Below the pieces are notes generated by a model that saw only the letters and a list, made by a program, of their open reading frames with translations, was not told the DNA's origin and did not search any database. 64,000 nucleotides of DNA from a virus. Positions 1 through 9,042 of the stretch are shown here, one piece after another; the first letter of the stretch is position 1; every line of letters begins with the position of its first letter. The DNA lies in IMG/VR virus record IMGVR_UViG_3300049460_000371, positions 23,354 through 87,353 of that record; one strand, given 5' to 3'. Position numbers and translations under genes: made by a program.

Positions 1-115
1 TAATGATTCGCCGCAGCGAAAAAGGTTCCTGCACTGACGTCGGTACTGAGCGCTACTGGTCGATGTAAAATGAAGGGGCTTTCGGGCCCCTTTCATCAAC
101 TTTCAGGAGTGACAA

Positions 116-367
116 ATGGCGATCAATATCGATGATGTGATGCAATACCTGGCCCGTGAAGGCTATGAGAATTTCAGCAAATACGACGATACGCAAATTA
201 TCGTCAACAATCGCGGCGAGATCGACTTTCAGGACGGTCTGGCCACCATCTACAGCCGGATCACTCCCCGTGAAACCAAAGGACCAGGTGACCGCAAACC
301 ATGCTCCCACATCAATGAACTGATGCTGGTAGTAAAAGCCAACTGGACTCGCAAAGAGCCCAAGTAA
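116..367 (+). CDS. hypothetical phage protein
   Basis: ORF with AGGAG RBS upstream. Confidence 0.6.
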   Translation: MAINIDDVMQYLAREGYENFSKYDDTQIIVNNRGEIDFQDGLATIYSRITPRETKGPGDRKPCSHINELMLVVKANWTRKEPK

Positions 368-448
368 AAGTAGACGAATGGGCCCATTGTGCGCTTGCAT
401 GGTGGGCCCATATCATTTACCATACTGAATGAAAATAAGGCAAATCTG

Positions 449-793
449 ATGAACCAAGTCAACACCAAACTATTCCCGTTCACCCTGGATTCAAAAACCA
501 TGGGATTGACCTCGCTGTGGATTCGTCACATGCCCAAGGATGCTGCTACCTGGACCTCTGTTGAATGTCAGGTGCTGAGCGATACTTCGGTTGTGTTCAT
601 CGCATACGTGGACTGGAATGGTGATGCGAATAACCAGTACTCCATGAACCTGCGCAAAGAGTTGCTGGAACCACACATTGAGTTCCGCCGTCAAGCAATC
701 GTTCGTGCGGTTTTTGAAGAAGAAGAGCGAATGCGTGAAGAGCAGCGTATCGCTAAACGCAAAGCTGAAATTTACGAAGAACTTTTCAAATAG
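449..793 (+). CDS. hypothetical protein
   Basis: ORF, phage-like codon usage, in tandem with next ORF. Confidence 0.55.
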   Translation: MNQVNTKLFPFTLDSKTMGLTSLWIRHMPKDAATWTSVECQVLSDTSVVFIAYVDWNGDANNQYSMNLRKELLEPHIEFRRQAIVRAVFEEEERMREEQRIAKRKAEIYEELFK

Positions 794-802
794 GAGTTGA
801 AC

Positions 803-1039
803 ATGCCAGCATACTTTCCACTGAATGAATACCAAATGAAGCTTGTCCAGCGACGCCTGCAATACGGCGAACTGGCATCCAGCTTTGAGTCGCCACAAGA
901 TGTGGCTGCTATCCAGTCGTTGATCAACGAGCTGAATTCGCGCCTGGGTGATCGTGCGGTCATTATCGAAGCCAAGGTCGAAACCAAGCAAACCTCAGTG
1001 GGCCCCACCGCCGTGTTGCAACTGCACCAGCTCGACTAG
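803..1039 (+). CDS. hypothetical protein
   Basis: AGGAG RBS then ATG. Confidence 0.55.
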   Translation: MPAYFPLNEYQMKLVQRRLQYGELASSFESPQDVAAIQSLINELNSRLGDRAVIIEAKVETKQTSVGPTAVLQLHQLD

Positions 1040-1040
1040 C

Positions 1041-1235
1041 ATGAACGTCTGGAAGAAATACAACAAGCTTCCTGAGCCCAAGCGGTTCCTAGTGTTCTTC
1101 CTGGGTATTGCGGTGCCATGCTTGCTTGTGATCCCCGGTGTCTCAGAAGTGCTGGGTTACGGCATGACTGTGGGGCAGTTGGTGGGATTGTTGGTGATGA
1201 CTGGAATAGTGCTCACCAAGTTGTATTGGGAATAA
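1041..1235 (+). CDS. small membrane protein (2 TM)
   Basis: two hydrophobic segments; followed by terminator. Confidence 0.55.
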   Translation: MNVWKKYNKLPEPKRFLVFFLGIAVPCLLVIPGVSEVLGYGMTVGQLVGLLVMTGIVLTKLYWE

Positions 1236-1262
1236 AAAAGCCCGGGACGTCCCGGGCTTTTT
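1234..1262. terminator. bidirectional intrinsic terminator (AGCCCGG family)
   Basis: AAAAAAGCCCGGGACGTCCCGGGCTTTTT; identical hairpin at 13966. Confidence 0.85.
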
Positions 1263-1455
1263 GTTAGAACCAGTTTTCCCAGGTAGTGTCAGCTTGAGCC
1301 CATTGAATATCCAAGCCTTCCCAACCTGTGATGATCTTGATTTTCACCAAGCCACTGAAACGTACTGCTCCTTTAATGGTAATCATAATAGTTGCCTCAT
1401 AGGGTTTATCAGGTATTTATCGCATAGTGGTGACAATAAACAGCCAGGAGAAATA

Positions 1456-1641
1456 ATGACCAAGGATGAAGCACTTGAGCAGGTATTGCGTGACATGGAA
1501 GCAATGTCTCCAAAAGAATTGCGTGCTGAGCTGGATCAGCACAAGAATGGTCCTCTGGCAACCGCCTTGCGTGAAGCTGGCGACTTCCTGTACAATTACG
1601 ATCCAGACGTAAAACCTGAAGCCCAAGCCAAGGAAGCATAA
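1456..1641 (+). CDS. hypothetical protein
   Basis: AGGAG RBS, ATG 1456. Confidence 0.55.
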   Translation: MTKDEALEQVLRDMEAMSPKELRAELDQHKNGPLATALREAGDFLYNYDPDVKPEAQAKEA

Positions 1642-2045
1642 TGAGTTACGCAATTTTTACCATCTACTACGGCGTGCCAATCTCGCCTGATAACCGTACC
1701 AAGGTGGCATTTGATCTGTCCCGCGACGATCCAGATTATCAGCATATCACTGACGAGCATGACTCGGATCTGGATGGTCTGCTGGAAGATAAGATTGAGG
1801 GCGTGCATGGATTTGAGTCAAAGTACAGCGGGTCTGCCGAGGTGTCTCCGATCGCCTTTGGCATTAAGCTTGGTAAATTCGATGAATGCGAGCATGATAT
1901 CGCGGTCTCCACGTTGAAGCTCGAAGCATCGGCAGACGATAAGGCCAAGTATCAAGCATTGTATGATGGCTTGGAAGAAGAGCATCGCAAGGTCGTGGAT
2001 GCGTTTGGTCCTCCGCATGTATTCTTCCTGGTGAGCACGTCATGA
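1641..2045 (+). CDS. hypothetical acidic protein
   Basis: overlapping TAATG coupling. Confidence 0.6.
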   Translation: MSYAIFTIYYGVPISPDNRTKVAFDLSRDDPDYQHITDEHDSDLDGLLEDKIEGVHGFESKYSGSAEVSPIAFGIKLGKFDECEHDIAVSTLKLEASADDKAKYQALYDGLEEEHRKVVDAFGPPHVFFLVSTS

Positions 2046-2308
2046 CCATTCCTGTTTCGTACGTCCGTGGTGTATTCAAATCAGTCACTGGTGCTGACGT
2101 AAACGATATTGTGATGTTCCTGTCGAGCGACCCCAAGAACGCATGGCTGCCTCGTAAGGTGAAAGCTGACACCCCATATCGTATCGTGTCTGTCGATGCA
2201 CAGGGTTGGACTCGTTTCATGAAATCCACATCGCACACTAGTATCGCGGGCTGCGAACCCATCCAGAACGGACGATACGTGATTGTTGCCCGCAATGTCC
2301 CGCACTAA
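2042..2308 (+). CDS. hypothetical protein
   Basis: ATGA coupling. Confidence 0.55.
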   Translation: MTIPVSYVRGVFKSVTGADVNDIVMFLSSDPKNAWLPRKVKADTPYRIVSVDAQGWTRFMKSTSHTSIAGCEPIQNGRYVIVARNVPH

Positions 2309-2368
2309 ATAGTTCTTGATGGTACATGATTAATCATGTACCATCTTTACCTCAACAAGGAGAACGTT

Positions 2369-2431
2369 ATGAAACGCATAATCGAAATTCGTGGCGCCGA
2401 AGGTGGCCAAGATTTCACTGACGTTTCTTAA
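2369..2431 (+). pseudogene. stranded original 5' end of release-factor gene (MKRIIEIRGAEGGQDF...)
   Basis: AAGGAG RBS; first 13 aa identical to ORF at 3364; interrupted by HEG. Confidence 0.8.
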
Positions 2432-3284
2432 GCATCTTCAATTCTGGGTTCGTGCGTTCAGTAATACGAACCAAGTTTTCCTGTTTAAAATTGCGCACAA
2501 TTGCTTGTAAGCAATAGCCGTACTGCGTGGCTATCTCTGTCCAAATAACACCGGACAACCTCATTTCGTTCATATTTTCTAATTCAACTTTTGGTATAGT
2601 CAACTTGTTGCTTGGTTCCATACCTTTCTTGAACTGAAAGCCATGGAGCTTATAGTTTTTCTGTCTATGAGCGATAGCCTCGTCAAAACGATCTTTACCA
2701 ACTATTTCTATTAGTGGTTTCTGGAGTGTTGTGCCTATTTTGGCTTTAATATTTTCGGATTTTTCTCCATATATTTCTTGATGTGTTTTATCTTTCAAAC
2801 GGGCAGAAGCATTATCTTTGATTATTTTGGCTCGCTCTTCACCATATTTTTCCACTAGAGTTTTTGACATGGCCGTGCGTACTTGATTCTTGTATTCGTC
2901 AGTGTGCATAGTATAACCAGGTTTTCCTTTATTCCATGGTGTTCTTCCAACAATACCTGAAACACCATCTCCACCATTGGTTTTGTTGTGTAAGCAACCA
3001 GTGCCCAAATCAATTCTACCGAAATATGATATCCAGTATTCTTCAAGCATGAATGCTGTTTCTTCTGGAATATTAGTTTCTATGAAGACGATCTGATCCA
3101 TATTACTTGGTATTCCTATAGAATGATTATTAGAATATGCGCGTTTACCCTTACCCTTCCCAATATAGTAAGGGCTTCCACGATCACCTCTTGGTGAATC
3201 ATGTTCACGTTTATACATGTAGACGTAGTAACTTGGTGTTAAGTCGTAGCTGGAATTGGCGTTTGAATTGCCATAAATAGACAT
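2415..3284 (-). CDS. free-standing GIY-YIG (Seg-like) homing endonuclease
   Basis: YYVYMY...PYYIGKGKGKRAY, LHNKTNGGDG, PWNKG NUMOD-like motif; AT-rich relative to flanks. Confidence 0.85.
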   Translation of the reverse strand: MSIYGNSNANSSYDLTPSYYVYMYKREHDSPRGDRGSPYYIGKGKGKRAYSNNHSIGIPSNMDQIVFIETNIPEETAFMLEEYWISYFGRIDLGTGCLHNKTNGGDGVSGIVGRTPWNKGKPGYTMHTDEYKNQVRTAMSKTLVEKYGEERAKIIKDNASARLKDKTHQEIYGEKSENIKAKIGTTLQKPLIEIVGKDRFDEAIAHRQKNYKLHGFQFKKGMEPSNKLTIPKVELENMNEMRLSGVIWTEIATQYGYCLQAIVRNFKQENLVRITERTNPELKMLKKRQ

Positions 3285-3363
3285 AGCTGATACTCCATGT
3301 TAGTATTAGAGCAGTTAGGAATTCCCGTTCCGTGAACTGCACAATATTTATCAAGGAGCTAAT

Positions 3364-4038
3364 ATGAAAAGAATTATTGAAATAAGAGGAGCTGAGGGCG
3401 GAGCCGATGCTCGACTGTTCGCTGCCGATCTGGCAAAAGCATACATCAAGCACGCATCCCGCGTCGGATGAATCAATCACCTCACCGATAACGGTGACGG
3501 CAATATCACCATCGAAATAACTGGTGATGATCTCTCAAAACTAGACAATGAAGCAGGCGGACATCGCATCCAGCGTGTGCCACCAACTGAACGCAAAGGT
3601 CGCGTCCACACCAGTACGGTAACCGTATCTGTGGTCGAACCCAAGAAAGCTCAGACTATCGAGTTCAATGAAAAAGACTTCTCGATTGAATGGTATTCTG
3701 GTACAGGTGCTGGTGGGCAACATCGCAACAAACATCAGAACTCATGTCGCATCACACACTTGGCTTCAGGTATTGTTGCTACTGCACAAACGAGAAGTCG
3801 CATCAACTCGTTGGATGAGGCAAAGACTGCCATCTTGGCAAAGTTGAATGCTGGTGCTTCAGCGGATGAGCAATCGCGGCAATCAAGTGAACGATTGAGT
3901 CAAACTGGTTCCGGTATGCGTGGCGACAAGACTCGCACTTACCGTTTCCAGGAAGATCAAGTGAAGGATCACATGACGGACAAATCAGCTTCCATCAGTA
4001 AAGTAATGGCTGGTAATTTTCACTTGCTCTGGCGTTAA
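3364..4038 (+). CDS. class I peptide chain release factor, RF1-like (PxT), lacking domain 1, with in-frame TGA at 3469-3471
   Basis: IEIRGAEGG, EAGGHRIQRVPPTERKGRVHTS, GAGGQHRNK, GSGMRGDKTRTY all in one frame; AAGGAG RBS. Confidence 0.88.
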
Positions 4039-4078
4039 TTTTTCATTAAAATGAGTCCCTCACACGAAGGACTCATTT

Positions 4079-4552
4079 ATGGACAAGAAAAAGCAACTCA
4101 AGTATTGGTCGATTGCAATCGGTGCTGTTCTGGCTTTCGGTGTGATCATAAAAACGCTGTCGCAGAAGCCCAAAGTGGTTGAACCTGCGCCGGTTGCCGC
4201 CGTGGTGCCCATAAAGCCCATCGAACCAGCACCAATGTCGAAGCCTGAAGAGGTGCAGGATCCCGACTTCAAGAACAAGCCCCACAGTTGTCCCGCTCCG
4301 GTGCCGGTCGATAAGGCATTAGCGGCGGTCAAACGTGGCAATAATCGTTCTGACAAGGTCTGCTACGACTCGGAAAGCAATCAATACTTTGTTCATTTTC
4401 CCAACAACGATGACGAGTTCTTCAGCGGCTGGTATCATATCCAGTACGACACCCTGAACAAAGCGGCAAACGGTACCTACTGGGTAGATGACCTCGATAG
4501 CGATCATTACACCCGCTTCTCACCAGACGTGACTGGTTTGCCATGTAAGTGA
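4079..4552 (+). CDS. membrane-anchored exported protein, paralog of 4589
   Basis: N-terminal TM, Pro-rich linker, VCYD...AANGTYW...PDVTGLPCK. Confidence 0.65.
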   Translation: MDKKKQLKYWSIAIGAVLAFGVIIKTLSQKPKVVEPAPVAAVVPIKPIEPAPMSKPEEVQDPDFKNKPHSCPAPVPVDKALAAVKRGNNRSDKVCYDSESNQYFVHFPNNDDEFFSGWYHIQYDTLNKAANGTYWVDDLDSDHYTRFSPDVTGLPCK

Positions 4553-4588
4553 TCAAACTGGCATTGGTGATGCTACAATGGCACTTTT

Positions 4589-5008
4589 ATGAGGAGTGCC
4601 ATGAGACCATTTGCCATTTTAGCTGTGCTATTCATCCTCGCCGAAATTGTGATGATCTCTGGTTGTGCTAAGAAAGAATCACCAACGGCGATTAAACCAG
4701 TCGCAATCCAGGAAGCGAAAGAAGAGCCGAAGCCCACGCAAGCTCAGGCCATAGACGCTATCCGTCGCTCCCATCCGCATTCCCTTCAAGTATGTTTCGA
4801 TGAAGTCAACCAAGGCTTCATGATCGAATATTCCATTCTACCAGACGATGCAAAGGAAGATCAGTTCATGCACGGCTGGAAATGGCTCAAGTTTGAACCA
4901 CTCCATCTTGCAGCTAATGGCACCTGGTTTGCCTCTGAACGTGCTGCTGCCGACTATGTGCCAATCTATCCTGATGTGTTCAACCTTCCTTGCAAAAACA
5001 CAAAATGA
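4589..5008 (+). CDS. putative lipoprotein, paralog of 4079
   Basis: signal with ISGC lipobox; VCFD...AANGTWF...PDVFNLPCK. Confidence 0.65.
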   Translation: MRSAMRPFAILAVLFILAEIVMISGCAKKESPTAIKPVAIQEAKEEPKPTQAQAIDAIRRSHPHSLQVCFDEVNQGFMIEYSILPDDAKEDQFMHGWKWLKFEPLHLAANGTWFASERAAADYVPIYPDVFNLPCKNTK

Positions 5009-5646
5009 ACCAATCGACCGCATTCTGGGCTCAATGGATTGAGCTACAACTAAAACACAACCTGGATCGCATGGTCGATCTCAGCATCAAGAATTTTCAC
5101 TTCCCAGGGCTCAATTACGTTTGCTTCGACTTCATGCCGCACCAAACGATTCGCCTCTACATCATCGATCCATCCAGCAAGCCGATCGATACCGAGAACG
5201 TACAGATCCACAATCACCTGTACGATAGTCAGATCCTGGTGCTGCAAGGCCACATCACCAATCGTGTCTACAAGCTGAATAACACTCGTGATGACTATAA
5301 CGCATACGAGCTGACGTCCGCGCTACATCCAGACAATCATGACCGGAAAATCAAGCTCAAACACTTGACCAAACGTGGCTTGGACGAAGTCAAGACTATC
5401 GAATTACATCCTGGCGATATGCACTATCAGCCCCACACTGAAATTCATAATGTCACGAATGATCAGTCGCTCTTTACAGCATTCATGGTATTCGAGTTTC
5501 CGACTGTGAAGAAACATTCAGTAATCTGGACCCGAAAGGAATACCCGGATCTAACCATTCCAACCCCAGACGCATACTTGAAATACGAACCACAGGAACT
5601 CAAAGCTTTGGTGACGCGTATGCTGGAGCAAATGAAAATTAGTTGA
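5005..5646 (+). CDS. cupin-like (His-rich) protein
   Basis: IHNHLYD and PGDMHYQPHTEIHNV motifs. Confidence 0.55.
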   Translation: MNQSTAFWAQWIELQLKHNLDRMVDLSIKNFHFPGLNYVCFDFMPHQTIRLYIIDPSSKPIDTENVQIHNHLYDSQILVLQGHITNRVYKLNNTRDDYNAYELTSALHPDNHDRKIKLKHLTKRGLDEVKTIELHPGDMHYQPHTEIHNVTNDQSLFTAFMVFEFPTVKKHSVIWTRKEYPDLTIPTPDAYLKYEPQELKALVTRMLEQMKIS

Positions 5647-5697
5647 TTAGTTGGTTCATTCGTGTTATCATCTTTACATTAACTAACGGAGCCAACT

Positions 5698-5961
5698 ATG
5701 TGGAATACTTTGACCGCAGTCGCAAACAGTCAGTTCCTGCCAACCGACGAGTTCACGGAATTTGCCGTCAAGAATGAAGAAAAGTACCGCATCGATATGT
5801 CCGATCCAAAACACCCCGAAGTGGGTAATTTCTGGGTTGACGCGCTGCTCAAAGACTTCCGGGCCGCCTTCCCTGAATTGTGCGAACGCACCCGTAAAGA
5901 GAAAATCGAACAGTTCAAAAATGGCGCCCTGCGTCTGAGCGACTTTGGTGCTCGAGGCTAA
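5698..5961 (+). CDS. hypothetical protein
   Basis: GGAG RBS, upstream promoter. Confidence 0.55.
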   Translation: MWNTLTAVANSQFLPTDEFTEFAVKNEEKYRIDMSDPKHPEVGNFWVDALLKDFRAAFPELCERTRKEKIEQFKNGALRLSDFGARG

Positions 5962-6154
5962 TATGGCAACCATAACTCCAGTCGGCTATACCATTTCCTA
6001 TCCTGATGGTTCAGGTATCGGCCAATGGATATCCTGGATGGCTTACTTCGATACGATCGAGGAGGCCAAGAAGAAGGCCACCGACCATATCACCTTCCTG
6101 AAAGAACGAGGCCACGACGTTGTTCTGGTTACACTCACGGCAACCATCTAATAG

Positions 6155-6183
6155 TTGATTTCTGGTTCATTTGAACCTATAAT
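6155..6183 (+). promoter_or_regulatory. sigma70-like promoter with GTTCATTTGAAC spacer palindrome
   Basis: TTGATT-17bp-TATAAT; motif repeated about 11 times in window. Confidence 0.8.
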
Positions 6184-6207
6184 AGGAACATCTGAACTGG
6201 AGGCAAT

Positions 6208-6759
6208 ATGACTGCACCAAAACTGCAAAAACGTGACGAATCCTTTATCGCTGAGGTTCAACGTTCACGTCATGACTTCAAGCTGAAGCTGCTGGACAAC
6301 GACGGGCCCAACAGCCTCATTGCTACCGTGCAATGGAGCAGTGTAGTCGACGGGATGGCGATTCGTCTGGAGTTCAATGCGATGATCTGGGCTGATCGCA
6401 TTGCGGTCAACGTCAAATATCCTCCAGAAACGGCCGGCGTTCGTGCTGTCAACCCAACGTTCGAATATATAGTCGAGTACACGCCAACGATCCTGGGGCT
6501 GGTTGAAACCGCTCTGGCGAAACGCCGTTCCTTCTATGTGACGCTGGTCGCACAAAACAAAGCCAAGGCTGACAAACGCAATGCCAAGAAATTGGCTGAA
6601 CGTGAAGCCAAGGTGCAAGAATTCGTTGCCGAGTTCAACAAAACTGAACAGCAAGTTCGCAGTGCTTTTGCGATGTCGGACAAATACGCCAACCGTCTCA
6701 TGAGCGAACAGAAGAAGTTGGATCTGGCACGTGACTTCCTGACCTTCGGGAGCTACTGA
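6208..6759 (+). CDS. hypothetical protein
   Basis: GGAGG RBS after promoter. Confidence 0.65.
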   Translation: MTAPKLQKRDESFIAEVQRSRHDFKLKLLDNDGPNSLIATVQWSSVVDGMAIRLEFNAMIWADRIAVNVKYPPETAGVRAVNPTFEYIVEYTPTILGLVETALAKRRSFYVTLVAQNKAKADKRNAKKLAEREAKVQEFVAEFNKTEQQVRSAFAMSDKYANRLMSEQKKLDLARDFLTFGSY

Positions 6760-6916
6760 TGAGCAAAGAATCCCGCAAACGCGAGAAGCTTCAGGTTTTC
6801 TTCCAAAAGCCTGACACTCGTACCACTCAGGAAAAAGTTGCCGATGGCAAAGCCAAGCGTGATGCTGCCCAGGCAATTGGCGTCAATCCTGGCAACAAGA
6901 AGCGGAAGAAATAATC

Positions 6917-7177
6917 ATGACCGAAGGCGAAAAACAAGCACTTACCTTCTTGTCAACGCATGGCGGAAGTGTGTTAATCTCGCAAGTACCAGACAAGAAT
7001 GAAAAAGACTTCTGGGGTGCGGTGGTGGCCGGCATCAACGTGTACAAAAAGCTGGACAAGCAAGGCTTGGTTGTGATTACCGAGGAAGAACCAGACGAAG
7101 AAGGCTTTACCTGGACACCCATGATCGAACTGACTGATGCTGGCAAGGCCGCAGTCAAGACCATTAAAAACGCATAA
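6917..7177 (+). CDS. hypothetical protein, possible winged helix
   Basis: YKKLDKQGLV...IELTDAGKAAV pattern. Confidence 0.5.
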   Translation: MTEGEKQALTFLSTHGGSVLISQVPDKNEKDFWGAVVAGINVYKKLDKQGLVVITEEEPDEEGFTWTPMIELTDAGKAAVKTIKNA

Positions 7178-7198
7178 GTGACTAATTGAGAGAAAAAC

Positions 7199-7771
7199 AT
7201 GAATGAACTGAAACAATTTGCAACTGCCCTTGCTCAAGCGACTGGTGGTCAGGCCACTGAAAGTAATGTGGGCGAGATTGTTTACTTCATTGCTGGTGGT
7301 TCGGTCAAGTACAACAACAATACCTACAAGGTGTTGCTCAAGGTGACCGGCCCCGTAACGGAAGACAGCGGCGATGCTTTCGTGTTTGTTGAGCGCGTAA
7401 GCAAACGTGGTGGCGAAGAATTTCAGGTGGTGGATAACCGCCCGATATCGCGCACCAATACGCTTAAGAACAACGTGATCGCTATCCGTCCACTGTGTCA
7501 TTTGATGGACGACCCAATGCCAGGCATCGTCGCCTACACGGCGCAAAGTGCCGATGTTGCATATACGACTGCTGTCCAGCGTAATGCCGAACGAGCTGTC
7601 AAGCACGGCAAAGCGGTAAAGACGATGGAAGAGTATGCCATTAAGCTGGCAGCAGAGACAGGCTTGAGTGAACGTCAGGCTGCTCGTCTTATTGAAAAGG
7701 CTGATGGTTATGTTCGTGGCAAACGACGGTACGATCTTGCTCTGGAGTTCGCGCAAGCGGGTGTTTGCTAA
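7199..7771 (+). CDS. hypothetical protein
   Basis: long ORF in operon. Confidence 0.6.
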   Translation: MNELKQFATALAQATGGQATESNVGEIVYFIAGGSVKYNNNTYKVLLKVTGPVTEDSGDAFVFVERVSKRGGEEFQVVDNRPISRTNTLKNNVIAIRPLCHLMDDPMPGIVAYTAQSADVAYTTAVQRNAERAVKHGKAVKTMEEYAIKLAAETGLSERQAARLIEKADGYVRGKRRYDLALEFAQAGVC

Positions 7772-7876
7772 AATTTGATTTCATCCTGAATGTACTGTAG
7801 AGTGGTGCCTCAGGATAAATATCAGATGATCACATTCTACCCATCTCACGTAAAGGCTTCCCATTAGTTTCATCTA

Positions 7877-8236
7877 ATGGAGAAGTCAATGTCAAGAACA
7901 ACACGAATCAAACAATGGTATCCCACAAGCTACTGGGGCGGGGAAACATACGCGGTGGGTGACTGGTATGTGGAATGGTATGAACGTTGGCGCTGTCTTC
8001 GTACTTGGGTAATTATCCCAAAGGAAGATCGCAAAGCTTACGGCAAAGTCCTTCACGAACGGCACAAAGAGAGCAGTACCGCCAACGAACGTTCACCTAG
8101 CCGCTGGTATCGCAAACGCCGTGAATCTGAATACCGAAACTGGTCGAACCGTGAGATCCACAGCTATCTGAAAGACCCAGAGCATGAAGTGAATCTGCCC
8201 GATTTCCCAATGAGTCATATGTGGGATTGGCGCTAA
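7877..8236 (+). CDS. hypothetical basic Trp/Arg-rich protein
   Basis: ORF followed by terminator 8241-8260. Confidence 0.55.
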   Translation: MEKSMSRTTRIKQWYPTSYWGGETYAVGDWYVEWYERWRCLRTWVIIPKEDRKAYGKVLHERHKESSTANERSPSRWYRKRRESEYRNWSNREIHSYLKDPEHEVNLPDFPMSHMWDWR

Positions 8237-9042
8237 CAAGAACCTCCTTCGGGAGGTTTTTTGTTTTCTCTTGACTTTTTCATTTGTGTCATTTATAGTT
8301 CACACACATACACACACGGAGCAAATGAAAATGATGCGAGAATGGGAAGGTTCGGAAGCTGAAGCGTTGGATGACTCGGGCTTCCGCGTAGCTCTGGTTT
8401 CTGACCAAGAGCGCTACGAGCGTCATCGCCCTGCGCATCAAGCAACCCAGCGCAGCAAAGACCTCGAGTACAAGTACGATAAGGCCAAAAGCGCGCCAGT
8501 GGGCTCCATGATTCAATGTCCAGTATGTGGAACTTCGATCAAGAAGACCACCTACCATAAAGTGTTCTGCTCAAACCAGAAAACGGTGCGCCGTGGTTCG
8601 TGCAAGGATCGTTACAACAACATGATTGCATTTGGATAGGAAACATGATGACAATTTTCAATCGCCTAGCAACCTGGTACTTTGATCGAATGAACAAAAA
8701 GATCAAAGAGAAAAGTGAACGCAAATTCAACCAAGGCTATACCTGGGCGATGGAAAATCTCAACATGCGGACTATCACCACTCAGCACCTGGTTATCATG
8801 TATGGCTCGCACAACACGATCAAGAACATGAATGACTACGGCATGGGCGTCCTGCGTGCTGTATCGGACTATCGCACGCTCGAAAACATGAGTGCGCAAG
8901 CATTCGATCAGATCGAAGCCAACATAAAATAAAGCTCCAGGTAACAACCAAATGGGGAGCATCTGCTCCCCATTTTCATGAGTAAATGCTTGATTCATTT
9001 CTCATATGAATGTACCATACGGCAAACGAATAAGGATTTACC

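Noticed and set aside
3455-3500. prfB-type +1 frameshift or selenocysteine insertion at the RF UGA
   Set aside because: There is no CTT-TGA shift site and the downstream motifs continue in frame 0. The position aligns with Trp, and the hairpin loop does not look like a bacterial SECIS.
3577-4038. 153-aa stand-alone ORF from the ORF track
   Set aside because: It starts inside the conserved QRVP motif; upstream RF homology and the RBS support a start at 3364.
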